Shown here one piece after another: positions 55,098-64,000 of a DNA stretch of 64,000 nt (position 1 is its first letter; each line of letters begins with the position of its first letter). The DNA is from Candidatus Poribacteria bacterium (GTDB taxonomy: Bacteria; Poribacteria; WGA-4E; GCA-2687025). The position numbers were made by a program, and so were the translations under genes. The stretch lies in NCBI GenBank assembly GCA_028818695.1, contig JAPPNK010000021.1, forward strand, positions 47,269 to 111,268, in the 5' to 3' direction. The notes under the pieces are model-generated. The model did no database searches. It worked only from the letters and a program-made list of their open reading frames with translations, and was not told where the DNA came from.

Positions 55098-56525
55098 ATG
55101 AAATCATGGCTTCGGCGGTACGGCGCTTGGTTGTGCGCGGCGGTTTACGCGGTCGGCGTCGCCGCGGTTGCGATTCGGCATGAGCCATGGGCGGACGAAG
55201 CGCAGGCGTGGCTCATCGCGCGCGATTCCAACCCTGTCGAAATGGCGGTCGACGTCCTGCGGTATGAGGGGCATCCGATCCTCTGGTATCTTGTGTTGAC
55301 GCCGTTTGCGAAGACGCTCCCATACGGCGCGATGACCGTCGTTGCCGTCCTATTCGGCATCGCGGGCGCGCTGCTCTGGACGCTGCGGTCGCCGGTTCCG
55401 TTGGCGGTTCGCTTGGCGGTTCCGTTCACCTACTTTCTCTTTTATCAGTATGCGGTCGTCGCGCGCAGCTATGTTCTGCTGCCGCTGCTGATGTTCTGGC
55501 TCGCGCATGAGTATCCGCGCCGGCATGAGCGTCCGCGGCGGTTCGTCTTGATCTGCATCCTCTTGACCTTCACGAGCGTTTTCCCGGCGGTCGGCGCGGG
55601 ATGCGTCATGCTCGCCTTCTTTGTAGAAGCGCTGCTCCGCCGCGCCGAGCTCTCGACGCAGGAGAAGCGGTCGTACTGGCTCTGTTTCGGGGCGTATGTT
55701 GCCGCCGGCTTCTTCTTGATCTACCAGCTGTGGCAACCCGAAAACTCCACCTTCTACCGCTGGAATCTCAACTGGAAGGGCGCGTTCAACATGGCGAAAT
55801 ACGCGCTGAACGCCTCCATGACGGAGCGGTGGCTGTTGACGCTGCCAATCGTCGCTGTCTCGCTTGTCTGGTTTTATTTTCGGCGGACGCTGTTCATCTA
55901 CATCGCGCCGACGCTCTGCATTCTGACGCTGTTCGGGATCAAATATTTCAACGGGTGGCATGAGGGCGTCCTTGTTCTCTGGTGGCTTTTTGCGGTCTGG
56001 GTCAGTTTTGACAAGTCGATTGAGCCGCGCAAATGGGAGCCGAATTGGATGCGCTGGGCGACAGCGGCTGCATGCCTGACATTCTGCGCCGTTCAGATCT
56101 TCTGGACGGTTCAGGTCTCCCGCGGCGACTGGTCAGGCGAGTACTCCCCTGGGAAACGGCTTTCCGCCGCCGTCAAAGAACGCGGCTTGGAAAACGGCAA
56201 CGTGATCGGCTTGAACTTCTGGTCGACAACCTTCCAGCCCTACTTCCAAAACAACCTGTTCTCAAACCACAACGGCGGAAACCCGCCCGCCTACTGGAGA
56301 TGGGAAAAACCTCCGAATAAACACGGATGGGGCGACTCGGTCGCGCGCGACAAGGACATTGAGAAGCTTCTAGAAGGAAAACCGGACGCCATCGTCGTCT
56401 CCCGCCCCGGCAGGGAGTTTGACGGATATGAGCGGCTCGATTTTGAAGGCAACATGTACTGGAAAAACCGCATTAAGGAAGACAACCGCGCGGCTCTCTA
56501 CATCCGCAAGGACTGGGAACCGTAA
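55098..56525 (+). CDS. Polytopic membrane protein, probable GT-C-fold glycosyltransferase
   Basis: AGAGGGG RBS, ATG 55098; HEPWADEAQAWLIARD, YEGHP.LWY, Y.Y.V.AR.Y; about 11 TM segments. Confidence 0.7.
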   Translation: MKSWLRRYGAWLCAAVYAVGVAAVAIRHEPWADEAQAWLIARDSNPVEMAVDVLRYEGHPILWYLVLTPFAKTLPYGAMTVVAVLFGIAGALLWTLRSPVPLAVRLAVPFTYFLFYQYAVVARSYVLLPLLMFWLAHEYPRRHERPRRFVLICILLTFTSVFPAVGAGCVMLAFFVEALLRRAELSTQEKRSYWLCFGAYVAAGFFLIYQLWQPENSTFYRWNLNWKGAFNMAKYALNASMTERWLLTLPIVAVSLVWFYFRRTLFIYIAPTLCILTLFGIKYFNGWHEGVLVLWWLFAVWVSFDKSIEPRKWEPNWMRWATAAACLTFCAVQIFWTVQVSRGDWSGEYSPGKRLSAAVKERGLENGNVIGLNFWSTTFQPYFQNNLFSNHNGGNPPAYWRWEKPPNKHGWGDSVARDKDIEKLLEGKPDAIVVSRPGREFDGYERLDFEGNMYWKNRIKEDNRAALYIRKDWEP

Positions 56526-56546
56526 GACATATGGAGAGCGTCGCTC

Positions 56547-58538
56547 ATGGAAAAGTTTAAAGTTGTAGCGGACTATGAACCCGCAGGCGATCAGCCTGAA
56601 GCGATTGAAAAGCTGGCGTCCGGACTTGAATCGGGCATGGAGAAGCAGACGCTCTTGGGCGTCACCGGCAGCGGCAAAACCTTCACGATGGCGAAGGTGG
56701 TTGAGGCGGTTCAGCGCCCGACGCTCGTTGTCTCACACAATAAAACGCTGGCGGCGCAGCTGTTCTCCGAGTTCAAGGAGTACTTCCCAAACAACGCCGT
56801 CCGATACTTTGTCAGCTTTTACGACTACTATCAGCCCGAAGCGTATATCCCGTCGACCGACACCTATATCGAAAAAGACCTGCTGCGGAACGAGCAGATT
56901 GAGCGTTATCGGATGATGGCGACGGAGTCGCTGTTGACGCGGCGGGATGTTCTCATCGTCGCGAGCGTGTCGTGCATCTACGGCTTGGGTTCGCCTGAAG
57001 AGTATGAGAAGCAGAAGGTGGAGCTCTCCGTCGGGCAGGAGATTCATCGGAACAACATCATTCGCCGTCTTATTGATGTGCGGTATAAGCGGAACGACGC
57101 CGGCTTTGAAGAGGGATGCGTCCGCGCGCGGGGGGATGTGCTGGACATCTGGCCGCCGTATAGAGAGTCCGCTTTTCGAGTGGAGCTGTTTGGAGACGAA
57201 ATCGACAGAATACGCGAGATCAACCCGTTGACGGGGGAGGTTGTGGACGAGCTGGATAAGATTGGCGTGTTTCCGGCGTACCATTATATGGCGGCGCCGG
57301 AGATGCAGGAGACCGCCCTCGTCGCCATCGAGCATGAGCTTCAGGAGCGCATCCCTTGGTTCATAGAGCGCGGCAAGCTGCTGGAGGCGCAGCGAATTGA
57401 ACAGCGGACGCGGTTCGATCTGGAGATGATACGCGAAGTCGGAAGCTGTCAAGGCATCGAAAACTATTCGCGCCATTTTGAGGGGCGCGAGCCTGGGCAG
57501 CCGCCCTCCTGCCTGATCGATTACTTCCCGGACGATTACCTCGTCTTCGTTGACGAGTCGCATGTGACGCTTCCGCAGATACGCGGGATGTACCACGGCG
57601 ACCGAGCGCGGAAACAGACGCTTGTCGACTACGGCTTCCGCCTCCCGTCCGCTTTAGACAACCGCCCCCTGCGCTCCGAGGAGTTTAACAAAAAACTGAA
57701 CCAGACGGTGTATGTGTCCGCGACGCCGGGCGACTATGAGCGGGACAGCAGCGCTCAGGTGGTGGAGCAGGTGATTCGCCCGACAGGGCTTGTCGATCCG
57801 CCTGTCCATGTGCATCCGACGGAGGGGCAGGTTGACCATCTCATCGGAGAGTGTCGAAAACGGGCGGCGGCGGAGCAGCGCGTTCTGGTGACAACGCTGA
57901 CGAAGCGCATGTCGGAGGATTTAACCGACTATTTTGTTGAGCTTGGGCTGAAGGCGCGGTATCTGCATTCGGAGATCGACACCTTGGAGCGGACGGAGAT
58001 CTTGCGCGACCTGCGCGAAGGCAGATTCGATATACTTGTCGGCATCAACCTGCTGCGCGAGGGGCTTGATCTGCCTGAAGTCGCGCTCGTCGCCATTTTG
58101 GACGCCGACCAGGAGGGCTTTTTGCGCTCCAGCACATCGTTAATACAGACCGCCGGACGCGCCGCCCGAAACGCCGAAAGCGAGGTGATCCTGTACGCCG
58201 ACCGTGTCACGAATTCGATGGAGGCCGCCATCGAAGAGACAGGCAGGCGGCGAAATCGCCAGCTGGAATTCAACGAAAAGCATGGGATTGTTCCGAAGAC
58301 GGTCATAAAGGACATCCGCGGCTCGCTGCGTTTTGAAGAGGACGACCCCGCGCCGGACGAATCGCAAGCGGCCGCCGACATGGTCGCCGAGGCGGCTGAA
58401 GAATACGGCGGCGATGTCCGCTCGCTCATCGAACGGCTGCAAGAAGAGATGCAGAAAGCGGCCGCCGCGCTGGAGTTTGAAAAGGCGGCCGCTCTGCGCG
58501 ATCAGATCGACGGGTTGCGCGGCGATTTTGCCGAATAA
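56547..58538 (+). CDS. uvrB: Excinuclease ABC subunit B
   Basis: [68 protein letters not shown]-terminal UVR domain. Confidence 0.98.
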   Translation: MEKFKVVADYEPAGDQPEAIEKLASGLESGMEKQTLLGVTGSGKTFTMAKVVEAVQRPTLVVSHNKTLAAQLFSEFKEYFPNNAVRYFVSFYDYYQPEAYIPSTDTYIEKDLLRNEQIERYRMMATESLLTRRDVLIVASVSCIYGLGSPEEYEKQKVELSVGQEIHRNNIIRRLIDVRYKRNDAGFEEGCVRARGDVLDIWPPYRESAFRVELFGDEIDRIREINPLTGEVVDELDKIGVFPAYHYMAAPEMQETALVAIEHELQERIPWFIERGKLLEAQRIEQRTRFDLEMIREVGSCQGIENYSRHFEGREPGQPPSCLIDYFPDDYLVFVDESHVTLPQIRGMYHGDRARKQTLVDYGFRLPSALDNRPLRSEEFNKKLNQTVYVSATPGDYERDSSAQVVEQVIRPTGLVDPPVHVHPTEGQVDHLIGECRKRAAAEQRVLVTTLTKRMSEDLTDYFVELGLKARYLHSEIDTLERTEILRDLREGRFDILVGINLLREGLDLPEVALVAILDADQEGFLRSSTSLIQTAGRAARNAESEVILYADRVTNSMEAAIEETGRRRNRQLEFNEKHGIVPKTVIKDIRGSLRFEEDDPAPDESQAAADMVAEAAEEYGGDVRSLIERLQEEMQKAAAALEFEKAAALRDQIDGLRGDFAE

Positions 58539-58549
58539 AGAGCGGCGGT

Positions 58550-60064
58550 ATGGGCTTGTTTGCAAAGCTTCGGCGATCATCCGCGGCAGGTTTGCTTCGC
58601 CTCTACGGGTTTGCGGGGGCGGTCGTTCTGTTTGCCGGCTTCGTTTTGTACGCCAACTGGATCTTGGGACGGCTGGAAGACCGAAGCCGCGCGTTTGTGG
58701 AGCCGTTGGCGCGTCTCTACTCCTATCTGCCTGTCATTGACGACAAGGAGACGAGCGACCGCGTCGCGCAGGCGATACGCGGCGTCTCGTCGGGCAGCGG
58801 GCTGCGTTTTATCATTGTCGATTCGCAGGGAGAGGCGGCGCTGGCGCGCGGCATTGACGAGGAGCTGCAGCGTCAGCTGGACGCGGGCAAGCCGTTGAAC
58901 GACCGTCAACAGGAGCGGCTTGAAAACGCGATGGAGCAAATGCGCCGGCGCTCTAAAAACCGCGTATCCATTGAATATCCGCCCGACTATCAGCAGCGGC
59001 GCATCATCGGGCGGCTTTACTACGGCGATGTGGATGTCGACCTGCTGTCGGACATACCGCTTGCCGTCGCGGATGTGGACGGAAACCCTGTCGGATGGCG
59101 TATCTACGGCGAATGGGAGACGCCGGCGACGAACCCTGAGGGGCTGCCAAAGGCGCGGGCGTTTATGCGCGGGGCGAAGCGTTTCAACCGCGTGGACGAT
59201 CTCCAGATCAATCCGCGCTTGGAGCAGGGCGTTTTTTATTATGAGCTGCCGCCGCTGCGCGCGCTGGAGTGGATGCCGTATATCCAGACATTTTTGGCGC
59301 TTCTGTTTGCGCTGGGAGCCGTTCCGTTGTATCGGCGCGTCCGTTTGCAGGAGCAAGCGGCGGTCTGGGCGGGGCTGGCGAAAGAGGGCGCGCATCAGCT
59401 CGGCTCGCCGATTTCGTCGCTGATGGGATGGATCGATCTCGCGGACGAGGGCGGCGCGGAGGACTCCAATCTGGATATCCATGCGGAGATGCGGCGCGAT
59501 GTGGAGCGGCTGCGTCAGGTGGCGGCGCGTTTTTCGGAGATCGGAAATGAGCCTCGGCTTCGGCCGGTGGACGCGATCGAGGCGGCGCGTTCGTCTGCGT
59601 CCTATTTCCGCGAACGGCTGCCGCAGCTCGGCGGCGAGATCGATATTTTAGAGCGGTATGAATCGGTTCCGCAGGTGCGGGCGAATGAGACGCTTTTGCG
59701 CTGGGTAATCGATAATTTGGTGCGGAACGCAGCGGACGCTGTCGTAAATCGACCTGATCAAACGCAAAAAGGAGAGATAGAAGTGTCTGCGGCCTATGAG
59801 TTTCGATCTAAATGTGTTATCATCATGGTAACGGACAACGGCGACGGCGTCGCTCGTTCCGACCGGCGGCGCATCTTTGAGCCGGGATTCACGACAAAAG
59901 CGGGCGGATGGGGCATCGGCCTCGCGCTCGCAAGGCGCATCGTTGAAGGTCCGTTTGAGGGAAGCATCGCCCTTGTGAAGACGGGATCGAGCGGCTCAAC
60001 GTTTCGAGTGGAGCTGCCGGCAGTAGAAAACGCAGGCGGAGATTCAACATCAACAACGCCGTGA
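58550..60064 (+). CDS. Sensor histidine kinase (PorY-like)
   Basis: Two TMs; H-box VWAGLAKEGAHQLGSPISSLMGW; N-box NLVRNA.DA; DNGDG, IFEPGFTTK, GWGIGL. Confidence 0.92.
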   Translation: MGLFAKLRRSSAAGLLRLYGFAGAVVLFAGFVLYANWILGRLEDRSRAFVEPLARLYSYLPVIDDKETSDRVAQAIRGVSSGSGLRFIIVDSQGEAALARGIDEELQRQLDAGKPLNDRQQERLENAMEQMRRRSKNRVSIEYPPDYQQRRIIGRLYYGDVDVDLLSDIPLAVADVDGNPVGWRIYGEWETPATNPEGLPKARAFMRGAKRFNRVDDLQINPRLEQGVFYYELPPLRALEWMPYIQTFLALLFALGAVPLYRRVRLQEQAAVWAGLAKEGAHQLGSPISSLMGWIDLADEGGAEDSNLDIHAEMRRDVERLRQVAARFSEIGNEPRLRPVDAIEAARSSASYFRERLPQLGGEIDILERYESVPQVRANETLLRWVIDNLVRNAADAVVNRPDQTQKGEIEVSAAYEFRSKCVIIMVTDNGDGVARSDRRRIFEPGFTTKAGGWGIGLALARRIVEGPFEGSIALVKTGSSGSTFRVELPAVENAGGDSTSTTP

Positions 60065-61614
60065 AGCAAGAGATTTTATGGATCGACGACGAGATCGACT
60101 CGCTGCGGTCGCATACGCTTTTCCTGCAAAGCCGCGGTTACCGCGTGACGACCGCCTCCAACGCGCGCGACGGTCTCGCCCTGCTGTCGGAGAGAAGGTT
60201 CGACGCCGCGCTGCTTGATCATCACATGGTCGGCATGAGCGGGCTTGAGGCGCTGGACGCCATCAAGGCGAGCCATCCGCGCCTGCCGGTCGTCATGATC
60301 ACTCAAAGCCATGAGGACGCGCTCATGGACGAGGCGCTGCGCGGGCGGGTGGACGATTTCCTGGTGAAGCCGACGCAGGCGGTGCAGGTGGCGCGGACGC
60401 TGCGCCGTCTCTTAGACCGAAAGCGCGTTGAGGCGGAAGGAGCCGCTGCGCAGTATCTGAACGAATACCGGGAGCTGTCCGCTTTGACGGACGCCGAGCT
60501 GGACTGGCGCGGATGGATTGAGGCGTACCGACAGCTGTGCGCCTGGGACATGCGCATGGATGAGCTGAAAGCGGTTGGACTGGACGCAAACCATGCGGAG
60601 CTGCGCGCCGACCTGAACCGCCGTTTTTCGAACTACGCCGCAGATCATTACAGCTCTTGGGCGCGGGGCGCGGACGATTCTCCGCCGCTCTCTACCAATG
60701 TGCTGGATCGGCATGTTCTGCCGCATCTGCGGGAGGGGACGCCCGTCTTTTTTGTCGTCATTGACTGCATGCGCTACGACCTGTGGCTGACGATACAGCC
60801 GCTGCTGGCGGAGATGTTTCATATTGAGACGGAGCTGTATTACGGCGTTTTGCCGACGGCGACCGCGTATGCGCGCAACGCTCTGTTTAGCGGACTGTTT
60901 CCGTCGGAGATTGCCGAGCGGTACCCTGACTGCTGGTCGGAGGATGTTCGTTCGACGGAGAGTTTAAACCGGCATGAGAAACGCCTTTTGGAGCTGAAGT
61001 TGGAGCGGAGCGGTTTGGAGCTGTGGCCGGCTCCGCGTTACTTCAAAATCTTTGATCCGGAGGGGGGGCAGCTGTACCGCAAGCGCGTCGCTTCCTATGA
61101 TCGATTCAGTTTGGCTTGTTTGGTGGTGAATTTTGTGGACGCCTTGACGCATGAGCGTTCCCATTCGGAGCTTCTTCGTCAGATTGCGCCGGATGAGGCG
61201 TCATTTTGCTCTCTATTTCGTTCTTGGTTTCAAAATTCGGACCTGTATGAGATCTTTCGTTTGATGGGCGACAAGGGCGCAGCCGTGGTCGTCACGACGG
61301 ATCATGGGTCTGTCTTGTGCAATCGGGCGTCGAAGGTGTTCGGCGACAGGGACACGGCGTCCGGCTTGCGCTTCAAGTTTGGCAAGCGCGTTCAATGCGT
61401 GGAGGAGTCGGCGGCGACGTCTGTCAGCCCGTCGGAGTACCGCCTGCCGTCCGATTTTCCGGGCAAAAACTACGTGTTTGCAAAAGAGGATTACTACTTT
61501 GTGTACCCAAGCGATTTCCAGGTATATCGCAAAAAGTTGAAGGGCGGCTTTCAGCATGGAGGCATCTCTATGGAGGAGATGCTGATTCCATGCGCATTGA
61601 TGCGCCGCCGATGA
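60061..61614 (+). CDS. PorX-like response regulator: receiver + PglZ alkaline-phosphatase-like domain
   Basis: ILWIDDEID.L..H, LLD..M.G..GL, MIT, L.KP; IDCMRYD.W, LPTAT.YARN.LFSGL, NFVD.L.H, TTDHG, FQHGGISMEEM. Confidence 0.92.
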   Translation: MKQEILWIDDEIDSLRSHTLFLQSRGYRVTTASNARDGLALLSERRFDAALLDHHMVGMSGLEALDAIKASHPRLPVVMITQSHEDALMDEALRGRVDDFLVKPTQAVQVARTLRRLLDRKRVEAEGAAAQYLNEYRELSALTDAELDWRGWIEAYRQLCAWDMRMDELKAVGLDANHAELRADLNRRFSNYAADHYSSWARGADDSPPLSTNVLDRHVLPHLREGTPVFFVVIDCMRYDLWLTIQPLLAEMFHIETELYYGVLPTATAYARNALFSGLFPSEIAERYPDCWSEDVRSTESLNRHEKRLLELKLERSGLELWPAPRYFKIFDPEGGQLYRKRVASYDRFSLACLVVNFVDALTHERSHSELLRQIAPDEASFCSLFRSWFQNSDLYEIFRLMGDKGAAVVVTTDHGSVLCNRASKVFGDRDTASGLRFKFGKRVQCVEESAATSVSPSEYRLPSDFPGKNYVFAKEDYYFVYPSDFQVYRKKLKGGFQHGGISMEEMLIPCALMRRR

Positions 61615-61908
61615 GTTTGGGAGAGCGTGACGGGCGCTCTCGGAGAGGATCGTTTTGAAGGTGGCCGACGCTGCGGCGCCGGTCAGAATCTAGGCAATCA
61701 GAGAACGGAAAGGTTCGTTGCGATGCCCAACGCAGCGTTCATCAGGTGAGATCGTCCATGCGGCGTTCCGTGTGCGAGCATTCTTTTGACCGCTTGTTTG
61801 AAAGGGGCGGGTCTTGATCGCGTTCGCCGCGCGAGCCGCGCGGATATCTTCATGCCAAGAGGAGGTCGGCGCCTCAGTTTCGGCCGTTAGGTCGCAGGGA
61901 GGCGTCAG
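61615..61908 (+). promoter_or_regulatory. Long structured 5' leader of rng/rne
   Basis: 294 nt intergenic region with several stems: GAGAGCG/CGCTCTC, ACGCTGCG/CGCAGCGT, GAAC/GTTC, CCGCGCG/CGCGCGG. Confidence 0.5.
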
Positions 61909-63426
61909 ATGGCTACCGATATTATTGTTTCGGAGGATGAGTACGAAGTCCGAGCCGCAATTCTGGAGAACGGGAGTTGCGTCGAAATTTTCAACGAAAG
62001 GAAGTCCGAGGAGCGTTCTTTAGGAAACATCTACAAAGGCAGAGTCGGAAGCGTCCTGCCAGGGATGCAAGCGGCGTTCATCGACATCGGGTCCAGTAAA
62101 AACGGATTCTTGCATGTGTCCGATCTGCAGGCGCATGTGAACGAATACGGAGAGATTGAGCGGAACATCGACGGAAACGGAAGAGCCGCGCGAAATCGAA
62201 CCCCCATCGAGTCGATCCTGAAAAAGGGGCAGGAGATTCTTGTTCAGATCGACAAGGAGCCGATCGGGACAAAGGGACCGCGCGTCACGGGCTACATCAC
62301 CATTCCCGGCCGTCATCTGGTGTTTGCGCCGACATCGTCCACGCTGGGCATCTCGCGGCGCATTGCCAGCGAAAAGGAGCGCAGCCGACTTCAAAAAATT
62401 GTCTCCAAGCACATGCCGAAAACCGGCGGCATCATCGTCCGCACTGCATGCGCTGGATGCGAGGACAGCCAGTTCGTTCCTGAAATCAAATTTCTCAGCA
62501 AAACATGGGAATCGGTCGTCTCCAAAAGCGAGCGCAAAAAAGCGCCCGCGCTTGTCTATGAAGACCTTGGTCTCGTCTTTCGCGTTATCCGCGACATTTT
62601 CACGGACGAAGTCAACCGCTTCATCGTCGAAGGCTCCGCGCTCCACGAAAGCATCCTGAAATATGTTGAGGAGTCGCTTCCGTCCCTCCGAGAAAAGATC
62701 GTGTTCTACGAGGATGAGATTCCGGCGTTTGAAAAATTCGGAATTGAGCAGGAGGTCAAAAAAGCGACGAGTCGCCGCATCTGGCTCAAATCGGGCGGAT
62801 ACCTTGTCATCGACGAAACGGAAGCGCTGGTCGCCATTGATGTCAACACGGGCAAGTTCGTCGGCAGCGAAAGCCATGAGGAGACCATCTACCAGAACAA
62901 TCTCGAAGCGGCGGTGGAGATCGCGCGCCAAATCCGCCTGCGCGATCTGGGCGGCATCATCGTTCTCGACTTCATCGACATGGAAAATCCAAGCAACCGA
63001 AAGCGGGTGCTTCAGACGCTGGAGAAGGAGATACGCAAAGACCGCGCCCGCACGAACATTCTACAGTTCACGGAGCTTGGGATCATTGAGATGACGCGCC
63101 AGCGCCAGAAGGAAAGCCTGAGCGCGATGTACTGCTCTGGATGCCCGTATTGCGGCGGGTCGGGCTATGTGCTGTCTGAAGAAACAGTGGTAATTCGAAC
63201 GCTGCGCAGTCTGAAGCGGGCGGCGGCGCGCGCCCCTAAAGGCTCCTACCGCCTTATTGTGAGCGACATGATCGCCGCTCGTCTTCGCAAGGAGGATCGG
63301 CAGAAGCTGCGCGACTTGACGAAAAGCATGAACATCCGCGTCAAGGTGGACGCGAACCCCGACATTCATATGGAGGATTTTCGAGTCTTTGAGATGCCGC
63401 ACAACCGCGAGATCTTTGTGAGTTAG
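61909..63426 (+). CDS. rng: Ribonuclease G (Rne/Rng family)
   Basis: GNIYKGRV..VLPGMQAAFIDIG, Q..KEPIGTKGPR, IDETEAL..IDVNTG, RLRDLGGIIV.DFIDM, EMTR, CPYC.G.G; 505 aa, no scaffold domain. Confidence 0.93.
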   Translation: MATDIIVSEDEYEVRAAILENGSCVEIFNERKSEERSLGNIYKGRVGSVLPGMQAAFIDIGSSKNGFLHVSDLQAHVNEYGEIERNIDGNGRAARNRTPIESILKKGQEILVQIDKEPIGTKGPRVTGYITIPGRHLVFAPTSSTLGISRRIASEKERSRLQKIVSKHMPKTGGIIVRTACAGCEDSQFVPEIKFLSKTWESVVSKSERKKAPALVYEDLGLVFRVIRDIFTDEVNRFIVEGSALHESILKYVEESLPSLREKIVFYEDEIPAFEKFGIEQEVKKATSRRIWLKSGGYLVIDETEALVAIDVNTGKFVGSESHEETIYQNNLEAAVEIARQIRLRDLGGIIVLDFIDMENPSNRKRVLQTLEKEIRKDRARTNILQFTELGIIEMTRQRQKESLSAMYCSGCPYCGGSGYVLSEETVVIRTLRSLKRAAARAPKGSYRLIVSDMIAARLRKEDRQKLRDLTKSMNIRVKVDANPDIHMEDFRVFEMPHNREIFVS

Positions 63427-63433
63427 GCTGACA

Positions 63434-63916
63434 TTGTCCGACTTGACGCATTTCAATGAGCGCGGCGAGGAGCGCATCGTTGACATATCTTCAAAAGAGG
63501 CGACAGCGCGCGAGGCGACAGCGCGCGGCTGCGTCTATGCGTCCGCGCAGACGCTGGAGCGCATCGCGTCCGATTCCCTTGCCAAGGGCGATCCGCTTGC
63601 CGCAGCCCGTCTAGCTGGTATGATGGCCGCCAAGCGGACAAGCGAACTGATACCGCTCTGCCATCCGCTTTTTTTGACCGCCGTTTCGGTGCGCCTAGAA
63701 CTGAACGCGCCTCAAGGTTGTGTCGACATCGAAGCGACGGTCAAGGTTCGAGGACAGACCGGCGTCGAAATGGAGGCGTTGACGGCAGTCTCTGTCGCGG
63801 CGTTGACAGTGTATGATATGTGCAAGTCGGTCGATAAAGAAATGACGATCGGCGAGATACGCTTGGTTCGCAAAACAGGGGGGCGCGGCGGCGCATATGA
63901 ACGGCGGGAAGGTTGA
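63434..63916 (+). CDS. moaC: Cyclic pyranopterin monophosphate synthase
   Basis: LTHF...G....VD.S.K..T.R.A, KGD.L..AR.AG..AAK.TSELIPLCHP, TGVEMEALT, YDMCKSVD, K.GG. Confidence 0.96.
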   Translation: MSDLTHFNERGEERIVDISSKEATAREATARGCVYASAQTLERIASDSLAKGDPLAAARLAGMMAAKRTSELIPLCHPLFLTAVSVRLELNAPQGCVDIEATVKVRGQTGVEMEALTAVSVAALTVYDMCKSVDKEMTIGEIRLVRKTGGRGGAYERREG

Positions 63917-63918
63917 CG

Positions 63919-64000
63919 ATGCGCATACTGCACTGCGCCGATTTGCATCTTGGACGGCGTCCGTTCAACTTGGAGGCGCGTTTTGACGATTTTGGGCGCG
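63919..64000 (+). CDS. SbcD/Mre11-like metallophosphoesterase nuclease, 3' truncated by window edge
   Basis: ATG 63919: MRILHCADLHLGRRPFNLEARFDDFGR (H.AD.HLG motif). Confidence 0.8.
   Translation, partial: MRILHCADLHLGRRPFNLEARFDDFGR

Noticed and set aside
14522-61614. BREX system from the BrxF-like and PglZ genes
   Set aside because: The two genes are ~45 kb apart, the PglZ is fused to a receiver domain (PorX type), and no brxC or pglX is present.
1-64000. tRNA, rRNA, tmRNA, RNase P, SRP, IS elements or prophage
   Set aside because: No signature sequences, transposase, integrase or phage structural genes were recognised in any intergenic region or ORF.

Overview
GC-rich bacterial chromosomal window with about 55 genes or gene remnants. 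I found no rRNA, tRNA, CRISPR array, transposase, integrase or reverse transcriptase. Housekeeping genes include a partial hldE/rfaE-type kinase, pheT, a ppiD-like PPIase, an Omp85/BamA-family protein, uvrB, rng/rne, moaC and a partial sbcD-like nuclease. They are interleaved with WD40 and TPR repeat proteins, PhyH dioxygenases, a sulfatase and an M60 peptidase. That mix resembles sponge-associated Candidatus Poribacteria, which is an inference and not a database result. Most notable: (1) an 8 kb tandem array of exported WD40 genes containing a recombination scar, a one-blade chimeric mini-gene; (2) a head-to-tail duplication of a PhyH-TPR unit, where one PhyH copy is deleted down to the part that supplies the TPR start and the TPR block has expanded; (3) an M15 peptidase plus membrane partner plus decayed partner copy, resembling an effector-immunity locus, next to a decayed defence islet (FRG pseudogene, AT-rich PD-(D/E)XK nuclease, Mrr-like remnant); (4) an orphan BrxF-like P-loop protein coupled to a lipoprotein and ComEA; (5) a coupled PorY-like kinase and PorX-like REC-PglZ pair; (6) a long structured leader before RNase G/E. 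All family calls come from motif recognition by eye; no searches were run.
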